Source: Callorhinchus milii
Taxonomy: Eukaryota
Assembly (NCBI RefSeq): GCF_018977255.1
Contig: NW_024704743.1
Location: forward strand, 93,312,001 to 93,376,000
Length of the DNA: 64,000 nucleotides
Direction: 5' to 3'
Shown: positions 47,261 to 60,027 of the stretch, piece after piece
How the letters are laid out: each line of letters opens with the position of its first letter
Numbering within the stretch: position 1 is the first letter of the stretch
Made by a program: the position numbers and the translations under genes
The notes under the pieces: generated by a model
What the model saw: only the letters and a program-made list of their open reading frames with translations
What the model was told of the DNA's origin: nothing
Database searches by the model: none

Positions 47261-49409
47261 ATCTTTTACAGCTATGCATTAATATTGCTATAATTCTCTC
47301 TAATTTGAATAATGTTTGTTTTATTCAACATATAGTGCACTGAGTCAAATTCTAATGGTTACAAGCTATTAACCCCATTAGTGGTTAATTCCATCAGGAG
47401 ACTGTGGATCCGAGACTGATAAGGCACAGCGGCATTATGACAGATTGTCCTGCAAATAAATGATAGCTTTAATTCTGGGAAAAATAGTAATTCGGTAAAT
47501 TTATAAATATATTTAAAGTGTTAAATTGAAGTCTTGGTCTTGAGCATGTTGAATTCTAAAGCTCTGTGAGGCAAATCATATCTGTCAGTCTTCAAAATAT
47601 AATTTTCCATCACAGTCAATATTGATATTTACCCATTTAAGCATATTTCAGATGTGATACGTGTATGATTAATGAATATTACAGACTTGACCCCAGTTTT
47701 GACAGAATAATGGAAATCTCATGGAGAAGTCAGAGCCTATAGCAAAATTACTGATGCACCATTCTTCTTTGAGTTTGTTACATAAAATGATTATGTCACC
47801 TTCTGATTAATGAAGGATTTATACTTAGGAGACTGCATTTTATTTGACATTTTTGTCAATTTTATGGGGACACACAGGATGAGATTTTTTGATTGAGTTC
47901 TGCGTTTTGCATTTGAATGACTGCCAGATGTCACCAGATGCCATTAAACGACGATAATCTGAGTTCAGCAAGTAATTCAGACAATGTGTGCATTTTAAAT
48001 AGGTTTGAGGCTTTTTTCTCTTGCTCAAGGTAAGTATTCACAAGGTCTTACTCACTGTTTATGTGGATGGAATTACAAGTCCAAAACAAATAGTCACAGG
48101 AACAGCTACAGTTGTCTGTTAACGTCATTCTGATAATAAAGGGTGCAGTCATCACTCTATTTACAAAATCGCTAAGACATTAAAGCATCAGAACTGTAAC
48201 CACCATGTCTGAAGGAAAGGATCAGGGTAAAGTTAGCAAGAAGGATACAGGTAAAATAAGCGCAGATCTAATTGCATAGAAGTATAGACATTTTCTGCAC
48301 AGGAGGGACCATTTGTCCTATTGTGTCTGTAGCACTGCAACCTTTTATGCTAAATTGCCCATTCTTTTTATCAATACCACTTTCCATCTCTCTCCTGTAG
48401 CCCTCAAAGTGAGTTAAACAAATGTGAATGTCCTATTTTAGGACATGAGTTTCTCTGCTTTCTCTTTGAAAGGAATATTGGTTCAGTGTATCAGGCTCAC
48501 TAATGAAAATAACAGCATCCTCAAAACTTTAGTTGAAAAGGGGATTTGAATTCCAATCAAATTCCAGCTCACGGGCTTCTATGCCTGTTCATTGATATAA
48601 CGATGTTGTCAATGCATCAGTACATCATAAAATTGATTTAGATTACTTACAGGTTCCATGCTTATACTGAATCTTTCTGGGATTAGAGAAAATTCTAATC
48701 TGCTGGCTGCTGGGGAAATAATATTATCATAATGCAAACAATAGATTTTGATACGATAAATATTATTCCACAGGCTTTCTGAGGTTTGATACATTTAAAT
48801 AGACTCTGAAAGCTTTTCCCTGATGCACTATTTATACTTTAGGTAGTTTCGATGTGAGCACAGATGATTTTGAGGATCTGATTGTGTGTGAATGATTTCA
48901 TTCTGTCTTAGAGCGAGAGGTTGCATAGAGTACAAATGACTTATCCGTTCTTGGTAAATCAAATAAAGAGTAAAAGATGAATGTGACTAGATCAAACATC
49001 CATTGATTTGTTCATCACAAACAGCCTGTGATCACACAGTCAGCGCTTGACAGTGAGTATGCTGTATGCAGAAAAGAGTGAGGTATGTTTCAAGTTGTTG
49101 TGTGGCCTTTTCCTTAATGGTTACATTTAATTTGAATCTGTTTTAATTTGCAGCAGGGATGACTATCAGTGACATATTGGAGCAGTATTCCACATTTTAC
49201 ATGTAATATCAGCAGTGGACACTCCTAAGTATAACACAAGTCTGAAATTGGGTGAAGCTCCCTTTGATTAATATCAAGAATATGTTTTCACGTTGATTTC
49301 AGAAATGGTCTCTCAAAAGCACAATTCTGACATCTTATTTGTCATTACTTGTGTTCTTAGCACAACTTGAGCAATTAGTGCTGTTCAATGCCAATTGTTT
49401 TTTTTTGAT

Positions 49410-49765
49410 CAGCAGGGTGTCCAACTTGCGGAAACCCTTCACCATGCTTAAAAGTATCCAAAGCAGATAGAGAGCTCCACATATGTATGTCACCCTGTCT
49501 CTGGAATTCTCTCCCTAGAAGGACACACGTATCTAATTCTGGTGATCATTGGGTGCAGTTTGGCAAGAGCCAAGGCTTGGGGACCCAATGTGTACTTGGG
49601 TTGACTGCTGGAATCTAACCAGCTAAGACCACATAGCTTGCCATTAAGACCACTATCTGGTAAGCTTCCTGCTGCTTGTCCAGCTATGACCATCCACCTG
49701 TTAGAGGTTTGGCTTGCATGGTTAACAGGAGCTGAGTGGAAAGAATCCTTACTCTCGAGTCCAAA
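49410..49765. repeat. Unclassified interspersed repeat, copy 3
   Basis: CATGCTTAAAAGTATCCAAA...GGCAAGAGCCAAGGCTTGGGGACCC...GGTTAACAGGAGCTGAGT. Confidence 0.8.
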
Positions 49766-50377
49766 TTGTGGGCACTTTTGAGTTGTTGATGAATATGTGA
49801 TAAGTAAATGATTAAAACTGATCCAACTATTTTATTTTAGGATATATTAAAAGCAAATACATGACCTAGATTTGAAGCATGCACCTCAGGTAAAAGGTTA
49901 ATTTTGCAACCCACAAGACCAACTGTTCTCACAACAGGACTTTTCTGTATGAATACAGAAAAGGAGAGAAAACTGAAAAATATTTTCAACATGGTTAATT
50001 ATTTTCAGATTATTGTATAGTTAGTTAGTCCTGATCCAATTAATTCATTGAAAATGTGTAAAATCTTTGACAGAAATTCTAATTAGCCCTGATAGCTGTT
50101 TTGTCAGTGGGATCATTTATAATATTCATCACAGGAAGGTAAATGATGAATAGTTTTTGAGAAGCCTTCACTTTGATTTTTCAGTGATATAGTGTTGTCT
50201 ACAAAGTTGTGTCACCACAGTGTGGTCCAAGCAAAACCACCCATAACAAAGATTATTTTTCTGGGCAATCCCCTTAGAGGCCACACAGCCCTGAGACCGC
50301 AACTCAGATGACAGCTCGAATCCCAGCCAAAATCTTTGTGAATCTGACTATGTGCCATCCAGAGCACTAACTTGACT

Positions 50378-50665
50378 ATAATAATAATAAGCCTTGCATT
50401 TGACATAGCATTTTTCATGTCTTCTAGACATCCCAAAGCACTTCACGGAATAAACTGTAAAAAGTAAATTGACTGTATATTTGTGGGCAAAATGCGGCAG
50501 CCAATTGCGCACAGCAGTGTCCCACAAACAATGACCAGTTTTTTGTTTTTTTTTCTTGAGGGAATTCTTATCAGGCGTGTGGAGTAAGAGAACTTGCCCA
50601 AGGTTTCGCGCTGCCGAGAATCGAACCCAGGTCTCTCGCTTGCGAGGTGAACTACAGGATTCCAC
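50378..50665 (-). mobile_element. tRNA-Ala(CGC) SINE with D-arm deletion
   Basis: Tail, TAGAA hairpin loop, Deu core, B box, CTCGCAA loop. Confidence 0.92.
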
Positions 50666-51714
50666 TACAGAGCTATCGTATGTTACTGGTGATTTTGTTG
50701 GCAGCTACACTGCAGTAACACAACTGGAATCCTTTGTCATCACTACTATTGCCTTCAGCTGGTAGAGGTGTCTTGAGCAACATACGAAGATGATGGAATT
50801 AATTTTTCCAAGATGCCAAAAAATTCCTAATTCACCGCCCATTTCAGTAACTAATTGTTACCCCAATTTTTTTATTACATAGCCTGATGAATTATTCCAA
50901 AGACTTATTCTTGAAGGAAACAAAGTTTACGTTTCTGTAATTTTCTTTAATTGACCTCTGGCTTTACTTGCTTGGCATTCTTCAAAGTAATAACCTGCAT
51001 TTATCTCATCTACATTGAATATTTTATGTTCTGCCCATCTTTATCTGTCTTCTTTCCTGGCATACGGTTTGAAATTTTAGAGATGAACATTTCAGGATTG
51101 TTTTAACAATTTATTTCAGTGGTAGTAAATCATTTGCATTGTGGCAGAGAGATATAAAGCAACAGATCATAGTCACTAGTATGCTCGCAAATATTTTATT
51201 CCATTAATTTGCATCAGCTCTAATGAAGCGAGTAACAGATTCATAATTATGTTTGGTTTAAAATGCTACTTTAATCTGATCATTCAAAAGAGATTTAATG
51301 TACTTCAAATTAAATATTTCACTCTTAATTGAAATATATTTCCACAACTACGATGATTTTGTTGAGGCTATGAAATGAATGCTTACACTATACAGAAATG
51401 TGCATTAAAGTTGTCTATAACCTAACAAAAGCAGCACGGTAACTACAAAAACATCTGCAAAAGGCATAAATGACATATGACATAAATAATGCACACTTAC
51501 TACCTGCATGGTAGCACTGCAAGAAGGAAGCTGATATGTCACTGCAAAAGTATCAAAATATCACCCACAACATTTTGTGTCGTGCATTAAAGAAGAATTC
51601 TATAGGGAATGATTAAAATAACTAAGAAGATAAAAAAGAAACTCTGAGAAATGACACAATCAATCCATCCATTTATATTGTTAAATCAGTTCAGTTCAAA
51701 TCCCCGGAGGTAAT

Positions 51715-52225
51715 AGTTAGGCTGTAAAGTGCTCTGGTCAGACCTCACCCAGAGTATTGCATACAGTTCTGATCATTACCACACAAGGGGCTATCCCGGC
51801 AGAGGAGAGCGACGAGGATGATTCCCAGTGTTAGAGGAATGAGCTATGAGCAATGATGAGACAACCTAAGGCTTTTAATTCTTCAGAGAAGATTACTCTG
51901 AAGGGACCTCATAGAAGTCTATAAAGTTTCAAACGGGATTGAAAAAGTAAACCAAGCACAATACTTTAGATAGAAAAAGAAGACAAGGGTTTACCATAGC
52001 AAAGGCCAATTTCAGAACAGATACCAAGACGTTTTTCTTTCACAGAGGGTAATTAAAGATTGGACCAGATTGCCAGGAAAAGTGGTTGTGGCCAGAACAC
52101 TGGACTGATTTAAAAAAACAGTTTGATGTTGTGATGCAAGGACAGTAAGGTGGATATTTTGAAGAGATCAGATCAGATGAGCTGAAGAGTCTTATTCATC
52201 CAAACCAATATTGTGATCTTGTGAT
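51715..52225 (+). mobile_element. CR1 3' end (TCTTGTGA tail)
   Basis: LVRPHPEYCIQF; ends TTGTGATCTTGTGA. Confidence 0.9.
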
Positions 52226-52819
52226 GTCACCTAATGCCTAAATTCACATTTAGGACACACTAAGATTTTAATCTTTGTCTTGCACAGATGCCAATTCCAT
52301 AATCGCACTGATCCTTGCTGAATCAGGAATTACATTTCAATTGAGCCAGTGTATTGCATAACAACTACAGAGTGAAGACTGCATTGTGTCTGATGAATGG
52401 TTTCCTTTAGCTTAAATCATATTTTCTAGTTCTATCTTAGTTCCAACAAAATTAACTCTCCACCTTGTCAATGGTTGATAGACTCTCAATGATATCACAT
52501 TTTGTAAAGTATTGAACACAGGTTTTCTTCGAGATAGCGTTATCATATGCAACGTATCACAATATGAATTACAGATTTCCAAAAAATTGTAACATTTCAA
52601 GTTTAATGTTTCTAGGATTCATACGTGTTACAGCCTACACACATGATCATTTCCAATCCCTGTCACCAATTATATAAATCACTTTTTTAGACTGCAAATT
52701 TAGCGATGTAATAATTATTAGATTTTTTACTCAAAAGTACCATGCAAGATATTCCTTTTAAACTCATGTTAATGGCTATCAAGAGTAAGACACTTGTGGA
52801 TTTGTAACTGACTGAGGAA

Positions 52820-54063
52820 AAGGAAACGCTACCTGTGTGAAGGGTGCTGTATAAAGGCAAGCTGTTGTTGCTGAAACAGAAGGTTTTAATAGAGGAGCAG
52901 AGACAGTGTTGGGAGATATTAAGTGGGGTATTAATGTTTATTTTATACATAAATGGCCTCGATTTACAGACTTTGTGCAAGTCTTACATTTGCAAATTAC
53001 ACCAAGTTAGAAGAACAGTTAAATCAAGGAACGCAGCCAACATCTTACAAAGAGTCTGACCTGTGCTGACCACTGGCATATTAAGTTCAACACGAATTAA
53101 TGCAACGTATTGCATAAAGGAAACAAATATAGGAGGCACATGCATTTCATGGATGGGATTAAACTTGCCAAAAAGGAAGTTGAAAGAGATTTAGTAGGGT
53201 TACTTTACTAATTGCTCATTATTTTCATACAGTGTTAGGCAGTAATAAACAAGGCAAACAGTATTCTAGGCCATATTGGCAAATTGCTTCAGTTCAGATA
53301 GCCAGAGGTCAGCCTCAAGCTGCACAGTATTCTGGCTGTGTCACACCTAAGCTTTTGCACCTGTTTCTGGTTGTATCAAATTAAGGGGGTTACCTAAGCC
53401 CTAGAGGCAGTGTGGAGCAAACCAATGAACGTGATCTCCAGTTTTAGAGGCAAGAGCTATGAAGAACCACTAGAAAAATTAGAACTTAGAGATGTCTCAG
53501 AGGACACCATATATATGTGTATAAGTTGCTAAATGAACTAAAGAAAGTAAAACTAGAACAGTATTTTCTAATACGCCAAGGAAGCAGGACAAGAGGGCAC
53601 GAGTCAAGGTGGTGAAGAGCAATTTCAAGATAGACATCAAGAAGTATTTATTTGCACAATGAGTAATCAGTAACTTGAATGTTTTTTTCTCCACGGACAG
53701 GATACTGAACTGACTGAAGAAATAGTTTGAAGTGTACTATATAATACAATACAATTTACACTTGTATAGCACCTTTCAGATTCGGAGGACATGCCAAATA
53801 CTTGGCAGTTCTGGCTGGGCACTGGGAGCTGAGGTTGGGAGCCGTGAGGAGTGAGGATGGAAAAGATGACCAAAAGCACAGTCATAAAGGTACATTTTCA
53901 GGTGTATCGTAAAAGAGGGGAGGGAGGGAACAAGTTCAAGATCTGAGAATGGAATTCCAGAGAACAGGCGCCAAGTGGCTATAATGGGAAGTGGTGTAAT
54001 TCTGGAAGAATGAGTTAAGATGGGCCAAGGGATCTTCTTTATCCATACATCTGATGATCTTGT
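52820..54063 (+). mobile_element. Old CR1 3' region split by an L2
   Basis: CR1 RT-end motifs; resumes near 53985 after the L2 insertion. Confidence 0.75.
53743..53982 (-). mobile_element. L2 3' end with (TTGTA)n tail
   Basis: AATACAATACAATTTACACTTGTATAGCACCTTTC. Confidence 0.8.
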
Positions 54064-54084
54064 TCAATTAAATTCAAAGCATAC

Positions 54085-54335
54085 ATTGTCTGGGTGGTAG
54101 GGGGAGGGCAACACGATATCAGCCAAGGTTAGTTCCTGCTTCTGATCATTACTAAAATGATGACGTGTTGTCAGATCAAGACATCTTTGAACTTGGCTGT
54201 GATTCTACAAATGACACAATGATTTTCATATATGAAAATACGTTCACTGGGTGAGGTACCAGAGGTTAACCAATGCCCAAGAAACCAGTCTGCACCTCAA
54301 GTTTGTCTCGGAAGAAAATTGAATGCCAAAATAAA
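54085..54335 (+). mobile_element. MER131-like repeat, 3' portion
   Basis: ATCAGCCAAGGTT...CTGATC...CTTGGCTGTGAT...CACTGGGTGAGGTACCAGAGG. Confidence 0.6.
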
Positions 54336-54627
54336 ACCCAAAGTATAAAGCATTTTTAATATCAATCTCCGCACTTTAATATAAAAACATTTTTAATTGA
54401 ATATGAAAAATCCACAGGGATCCACATGAGAAAATTGAAAAGAAAATAAGGATTTTTAAGGGTTTAGACCCTCAGATTAAATATAAGGCATAGTTTATAG
54501 AAAAAATATTTGGACAATTCTCAGAATTATTATGTATGACTAAAGAGTAAAGACATATTAATTTGGAATGGTAATTCTTTGATTTTATTTTGTTCAAACT
54601 ATTTTTAAGTATGTACCAGCTGGCTCC

Positions 54628-54629
<2 letters not shown>

Positions 54630-54663
<34 letters not shown>

Positions 54664-54937
54664 TAATAATCCTTGCATTTAATATAGTGCTTTTCACGTC
54701 GGGAGGACGTCCCAAAGCGCTTCACAGAACACACTGTAAAGTGAATTGACTGTATATTTGTGGGCGAACACGGCAGCCAATTGCGCACAGCAATGTCCAC
54801 AAACAGTCGTAGATTGAAAATGACCAATTTATTATTGTTTTGGTTTTTGGAGGGATTATTATTAGGCGTGTGGAGTAAGGAAACTTGCCCAAGGTTTTGC
54901 CCTGCCTGGAATTGAACTCAAGTCTCTCGCTTGCAAA
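54630..54937 (-). mobile_element. Young tRNA-Ala SINE, 5'-truncated at the anticodon loop, long (ATT)n tail
   Basis: Near identical to 1008-1341 but begins at TTTGCAAG. Confidence 0.95.
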
Positions 54938-56289
54938 ATGAACTGCGCATATATCCTCCTCATATATCTTGGGCTAGACAACATTTTGGCAAAGGTGAGT
55001 TTTTCCAGTTCATTAAATTCCAATGCAAAGTCAACAAAGACATTTAATATTCTCCTTTTCATTCTCTAAACCAAATGCTATTAAAGAGAATTACATCTCG
55101 ACAATCAAATTACCAATGATTACATTTTGAAAAACGAGGATGAAAAAAAACTCTTCATTTCATAGAAGCCCTCCAAAAAGAACTATCAATCTGATTCTGT
55201 AATGAAATACCACAATATGTGATCCCACAACAGTTCAGAAATACATGAAGCTCTCCAATATCAGGTGTACACCACCAATGTTATTGTCAGATGTATTGTA
55301 CAGATAAAGACACTGTTCTGCAGTAGTGCTTATGACAGGTAATATTGCATTCAATCAACACCGCAATTAAATGTATATTACATTTTTAAAAAGTGTACAG
55401 ATAAAACAAAAGCTACATTCTGACAACATTAATATTTACTGTACGTTATAGACAAAATTCCAGCTCATATGTTTTCCAGTCCTTTGAATGAGATTTTAAA
55501 CCATCTGCCCGTTCAATGAGATTTTAAATCCATCCGATGAAGGGCCCATGGCACTATTCGAAAGAAGAAGGGATCTTTTCCCCCAAAAAATAGATCATTC
55601 AAATTGTGACTGTCATAGAATTATAACAAATGTGCAGCGTAGAAGGAGGCCATTTGGTCTATCAAGCCTGCACACATTTCATTTAACTTATGGAGATGAT
55701 TTTTCCATCGACTATAAATTTACTGCCCATAGCAACATTAAAATGGTCTTGAAATTAAAGAATCATCCCTTTTTTCGAGAAGTCTATAATAGGGAGATTG
55801 TACATGGTTTGTTGAAGGAAGGAGTTCCATTGGCCTTTTCTTGTCTTATGCTATCTTAAATACAATACAGTACAATACAATTTTACATTTATATAGCACC
55901 TTTCACATCTGAAAGACATCAAAGCTTTTTATATTATTCACTGTAAAGTGTAGTGACTGTATTTTTGTATGCTATCACAAACATCTATGTTGTTAGCTCA
56001 TCATTTATATTCAGCATTCTTCAGCAGCAGATTTTTTTCATGCAAACTTATGATATGACTTTGTCAATTCAAAATATGGAAATGTATGCCACTGTAACAA
56101 GAACATGTTGGGATAGTCTAGCTGTTGGAGAATCTAGATTCCATATTCACATCCAACAAAATGTAAAACATCAGTTGAATTCAGCAATTTCTTAGAATTT
56201 TTAAAGCAACAGATTCCTCAGAGATGATTTCTAGAATCTAATTAAAATGTGTCTGAATTTAGGCAGAGATATAACGATAAAAAATGCAC

Positions 56290-56551
56290 CATGTCCCAAT
56301 AGCCAAGTGAAAGACCAATTTTATTTGGGAGATTGTTGTTGAGGACACAAGGAGAAACTCCTTTCACTTTTCAGATTCTGCCATCGAATCGTTAATGTCC
56401 ACCTAAACAGGCAGACTTGGTGTTAACTTTTCATCTGAAGGATTGCATCTCTGGCAATCCAGCACACCCTCAGCACTGCATTAGAATGTCAGCTGAGACT
56501 ATATAAAAGCTCCAGGTCCCTAGGTGGGACTTGAACCCACAACATTCTGAC
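56290..56551 (-). mobile_element. SacSINE1-like DeuSINE cut in its head by a younger SINE
   Basis: GTGGGACTTGAACCCACAACATTCTGACT followed directly by (ATA)n. Confidence 0.8.
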
Positions 56552-56812
56552 TATAATAATAATAATAAATAATCCTTGCATTTGATATAGCACTTTTCAC
56601 GTGTTCAAGACGTCTCAAAGCGCTTCACAGAGTATACTGTAAAGTAAATTGACTATATTTTGTGGGCGAAATGTAGCAGCCAATTGTGCACTACAGTGTA
56701 CCACAACAGTCATGGATTGAGTGACCAAATTATTATTGTTTGTTTTCTTGAGGGATTATTATCAGGCGTGTGGAGTAAGGAAACTTGCCCAAGGTTTCGC
56801 CCTGCCTGGAAT
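56552..56812 (-). mobile_element. tRNA-Ala SINE, 5'-truncated in the T arm
   Basis: Tail, TTGAA loop, Deu core, CORE-like start. Confidence 0.92.
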
Positions 56813-57249
56813 TCACTCCATGGCTATTGATGGGACTTTGCTGTGCATAAATTCATCTACAAAAATATAGTCACTAGACTTCACAGTAAATCCTGTACAG
56901 CTCTTTGAGATGTCCCCCTGAAATGAAAAGGACTATATAAAATGCAATGAATCCTACTAATTCCAAAATCAGAAGTCTAGTGGAAAGAGAAGGATCATAC
57001 TTTTCATGTTTTATACTTTTTTGAAAAAAAACCTGTATGGTATGCTTTATAAGTTATAAATAATAGCAGATTTAATATTGAAACATTTTTCACCAATAAC
57101 GTTCATGGTCAGCAGTACTGCCCTAGAACTTCTTATAGTAAATTAAAATAATGAATGATCTGACATCTTAGTTCTGAGCTGCCAGTAGAAGTTGACTCTT
57201 AGGTCATACAGAATAACACAATAATAATAGCCATCAGGTGCAATAGTTA

Positions 57250-57500
57250 CTTTAATGCATCAGTATGAGAACCTGGCAACAATATCACACCACTACTTCT
57301 TTGCACAGTGCTCCACCTCTTGGATCTGTTCATCTGCAAAACACATAGTCACTGCACCTGTAATGAGCTTTGAGACATCCTCCTTGAATGAATTTGGAGG
57401 TTTTTCTTTCAGAATAAAGCCATCTAAAATTGTTTTACAAGTATGACAAACACTGAAGGTTTCAACATAGCTCTTTATGCTATGAACTATACAAGGCAAT
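57250..57500 (-). pseudogene. Decayed RTE-clade LINE fragment
   Basis: ORF 57293-57499 EKPPNSFK...LITG...ADEQI resembles RTE ExKLNSFHxRCLRxIxG...VxNEEV. Confidence 0.4.
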
Positions 57501-57664
57501 ACTAATCTCAGTTACTATCTCAGTCTCACTTTTCATACCCTCAAGACTAAGGTCTTTTGTGCATTTTAGATTAATGCTTTTCTGTGAAAATCGTTTGTAG
57601 AACTCTCAAAGGCCAACAATCAACTTGCATTCTTCAATTCATTCACTTAGTAATGACATTTCCC

Positions 57665-57905
57665 AGTGCTGAACTGAGCTACTTGGAGCAAGCTCCCAGT
57701 TGGCTTATTGATCTATTTGAGCTAGGAGTAACTGTGCAAAAATTGGCTCCAGTACCTGAGGCCTTTCAAAATCAGCCATGATTCTCCATTTCTGATTACA
57801 ACCTAGTGATCCCTGTTGGAAAGAATACCTGTGCAGAAATTGATTGAGGACCCGATTGTATAAAGCTGCAATGACCCTTTATGGTTGAATAGATATCAAA
57901 CACTT
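57665..57905 (+). mobile_element. MER131-like repeat
   Basis: AATTGGCTCCAG...AAAATCAGCCA...CTGATTAC...AGTGATCCCTGTTGGAAAG...GGTTGAATAG. Confidence 0.6.
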
Positions 57906-57914
57906 TTTTTTGTT

Positions 57915-58380
57915 CAGCTGAGTGTCTGTCAAATCCAGGAATTCATCACATGCTTAAGAGTATCCAAACCAAATGCAGAGTTACATGTATGACACCTACA
58001 AATAGAAAATCCCACGTCTGTAACGGAATACACACTCTGTCCCCAGAGGGAAACATTCATCTAATTCCAGGTAGTATTAGGCACAAGTTAGCAAGGGCCA
58101 AGGCCCAGGGTGTTGGGGTACTGCTGGAGTTTAACCAGATAATTCACATAACTTGCCATTGAAAGTACTGTTTGGCAAGTTTCCCATTGCTTGTCCATCT
58201 AGGATTACCTTCCCTATGAGGGCTTCAGCTTGCAGGGTTAACAAGAGCTGAGTAGGGAAAATTCCCTGCCCTCATCTGCTCCTCTAAATCCTGTAAGTCC
58301 AAAATTTATCTCTGGGCTCATTTGTAAAAAAATTACCACTTTAGTGAGCTACCAGAGGTTGCATGTGTCCCAAACCCAAA
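57915..58380. repeat. Unclassified interspersed repeat, copy 4 (longest)
   Basis: CATGCTTAAGAGTATCCAAACC...GGGTTAACAAGAGCTGAGT. Confidence 0.8.
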
Positions 58381-58599
58381 CAGTAACCCCAATTAACTCC
58401 CACACAAGTCAATATCTACAGAGATTGAAAAGAAAAAAAATGAACAAAAAGAACAATACAAATGTTATCTTCTTCACTGGGTCAACATGGGATAGGTGAA
58501 AAGAAAAAGGCATTGTGCTTGTATTGCAGTGAAATGGAAATCTGATTGAAACTTTTACCAATTAAACATCTCAGTAATTAAAATAGCAAGTCATATGTA

Positions 58600-59060
58600 T
58601 GGCTGTAATATGCTTAAGCTGCTCAAGGGTTTGAACAAATGAATAATTAAGGAGGCTAAAGGGTTATCTGATTAAGACCTTCAAAATATTAAAGGGAATT
58701 GACTTGGAATATAGGAAACAAATCTTCTCCTGTGTAGATGAATCCAGAACCAGAATAAGAACAAGTTGAGTACCATCTCAAAGTACTTAAGAGAATATGA
58801 CCTTAGAAGCAAACCTTGATACCTATCTTCATTGCAAAGAACTGTGATAAATTAGATTATCTTGCTCCAAGAGTGCATAGATATGGAATAAATGGAGGTG
58901 GTTATTGAGAGATTTGATGGGTAATATGGAAATACAGCTTTAAAGAACATGGAGAAAAGGCAAGGAAATGAGATTGGAAAAATAAAGAGATGCCATGAAA
59001 TAATAAAATGCCAAAGAAGATTCGATGGTTCAAATACCCTACTCTTCTTGCTATGTCCTA
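58600..59060 (+). mobile_element. Old CR1 3' end
   Basis: LIKTFKILKGID motif and decayed 3' UTR. Confidence 0.65.
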
Positions 59061-59114
59061 AATAATGAGTAGGCATGCTGCATTGAGAATAAAGATTTTG
59101 TTCAATGTCATCTA

Positions 59115-59491
59115 CACCTGGCTCAGTGGGAGCACTTTCCCTTCTGAGTCAGAAGGTTGTGAGTTCATAGGCTGCATTGTTGAAGGTGCCATCCTTCAGA
59201 TGAGACATTAAACCGAGGTCTCATCTGCCTGTTCAGGTGGCCATTAAAAATTCCATGGCACTTTTCGAAAAGAGAAGAGGTTTTCACCCGGTGTTCTGTC
59301 CAATAGACACCCAAATAAAATTGGTCATTCACTCTATGGTTGTTTGTGGGACATTGCTGTGTCCAAATTGTCTGCTGCGTTTCACCCACAAAATACACTG
59401 TCAATCCACTTTACAGTATATCCTGTGAAGTGCTTTGAAATGTTTCAATGATTTGATAATGTACTATATCAAATGCAAGAATTACTATTAA
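59115..59491 (+). mobile_element. SacSINE1-like DeuSINE, head to tail
   Basis: TGGCTCAGTGG (A box), CTGAGTCAGAAGGTTGTGAGTTC, GAGACATTAAACCGAGG, Deu core, tail. Confidence 0.9.
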
Positions 59492-59738
59492 CATTATATT
59501 TATTATTATACATTATAAACAATTGATGGCTATCACTACACTATCTCCCTCCATTTTACTCTCTACCTTTTCCACTTGGTCCCTTATGGAAATTGCAATT
59601 ATATATTTAGCAAATATCGTAATTTAAGCAGAATTCACAATTAATGCTTCCCATCCCTTTTTCAAACATCACAAATTAGGCCCACCATCATTCTGTAGTA
59701 GATCCTTTCAATGGGAAACACTATTCTGAAATGAACAT

Positions 59739-60027
59739 CTTTGCAAGCGAGAGATCTGAGTTCAGTTCCAGGCAGGGAGAAACCTTGGGCAAGTTTCCTT
59801 ACTCCACACGCCTAATAATAATCCCTCCAAAACAAAAAACAATAATAAATTGGTCATTTTCAAGCTACGACTGTTTGTGGGACATTGCTGTGCACAATTG
59901 GCTGCCGCGTTCGCCCACAATTATACAGTCAATTCACTTTACAGTATATTCTGTGAAGCGCTTTGGGACGTCTAGAAGACATGAAAAGCGCTATATCAAA
60001 ATGCAAGGATTATTATTATTATTATTA
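59739..60027 (+). mobile_element. Young tRNA-Ala SINE, 5'-truncated at the anticodon loop
   Basis: Begins CTTTGCAAGCGAGAG; TAGAA hairpin loop; (ATT)n. Confidence 0.95.

Noticed and set aside
57293..57499. DNA transposase or host exon
   Set aside because: Better explained as a decayed RTE LINE fragment; no DDE motifs or splice context.
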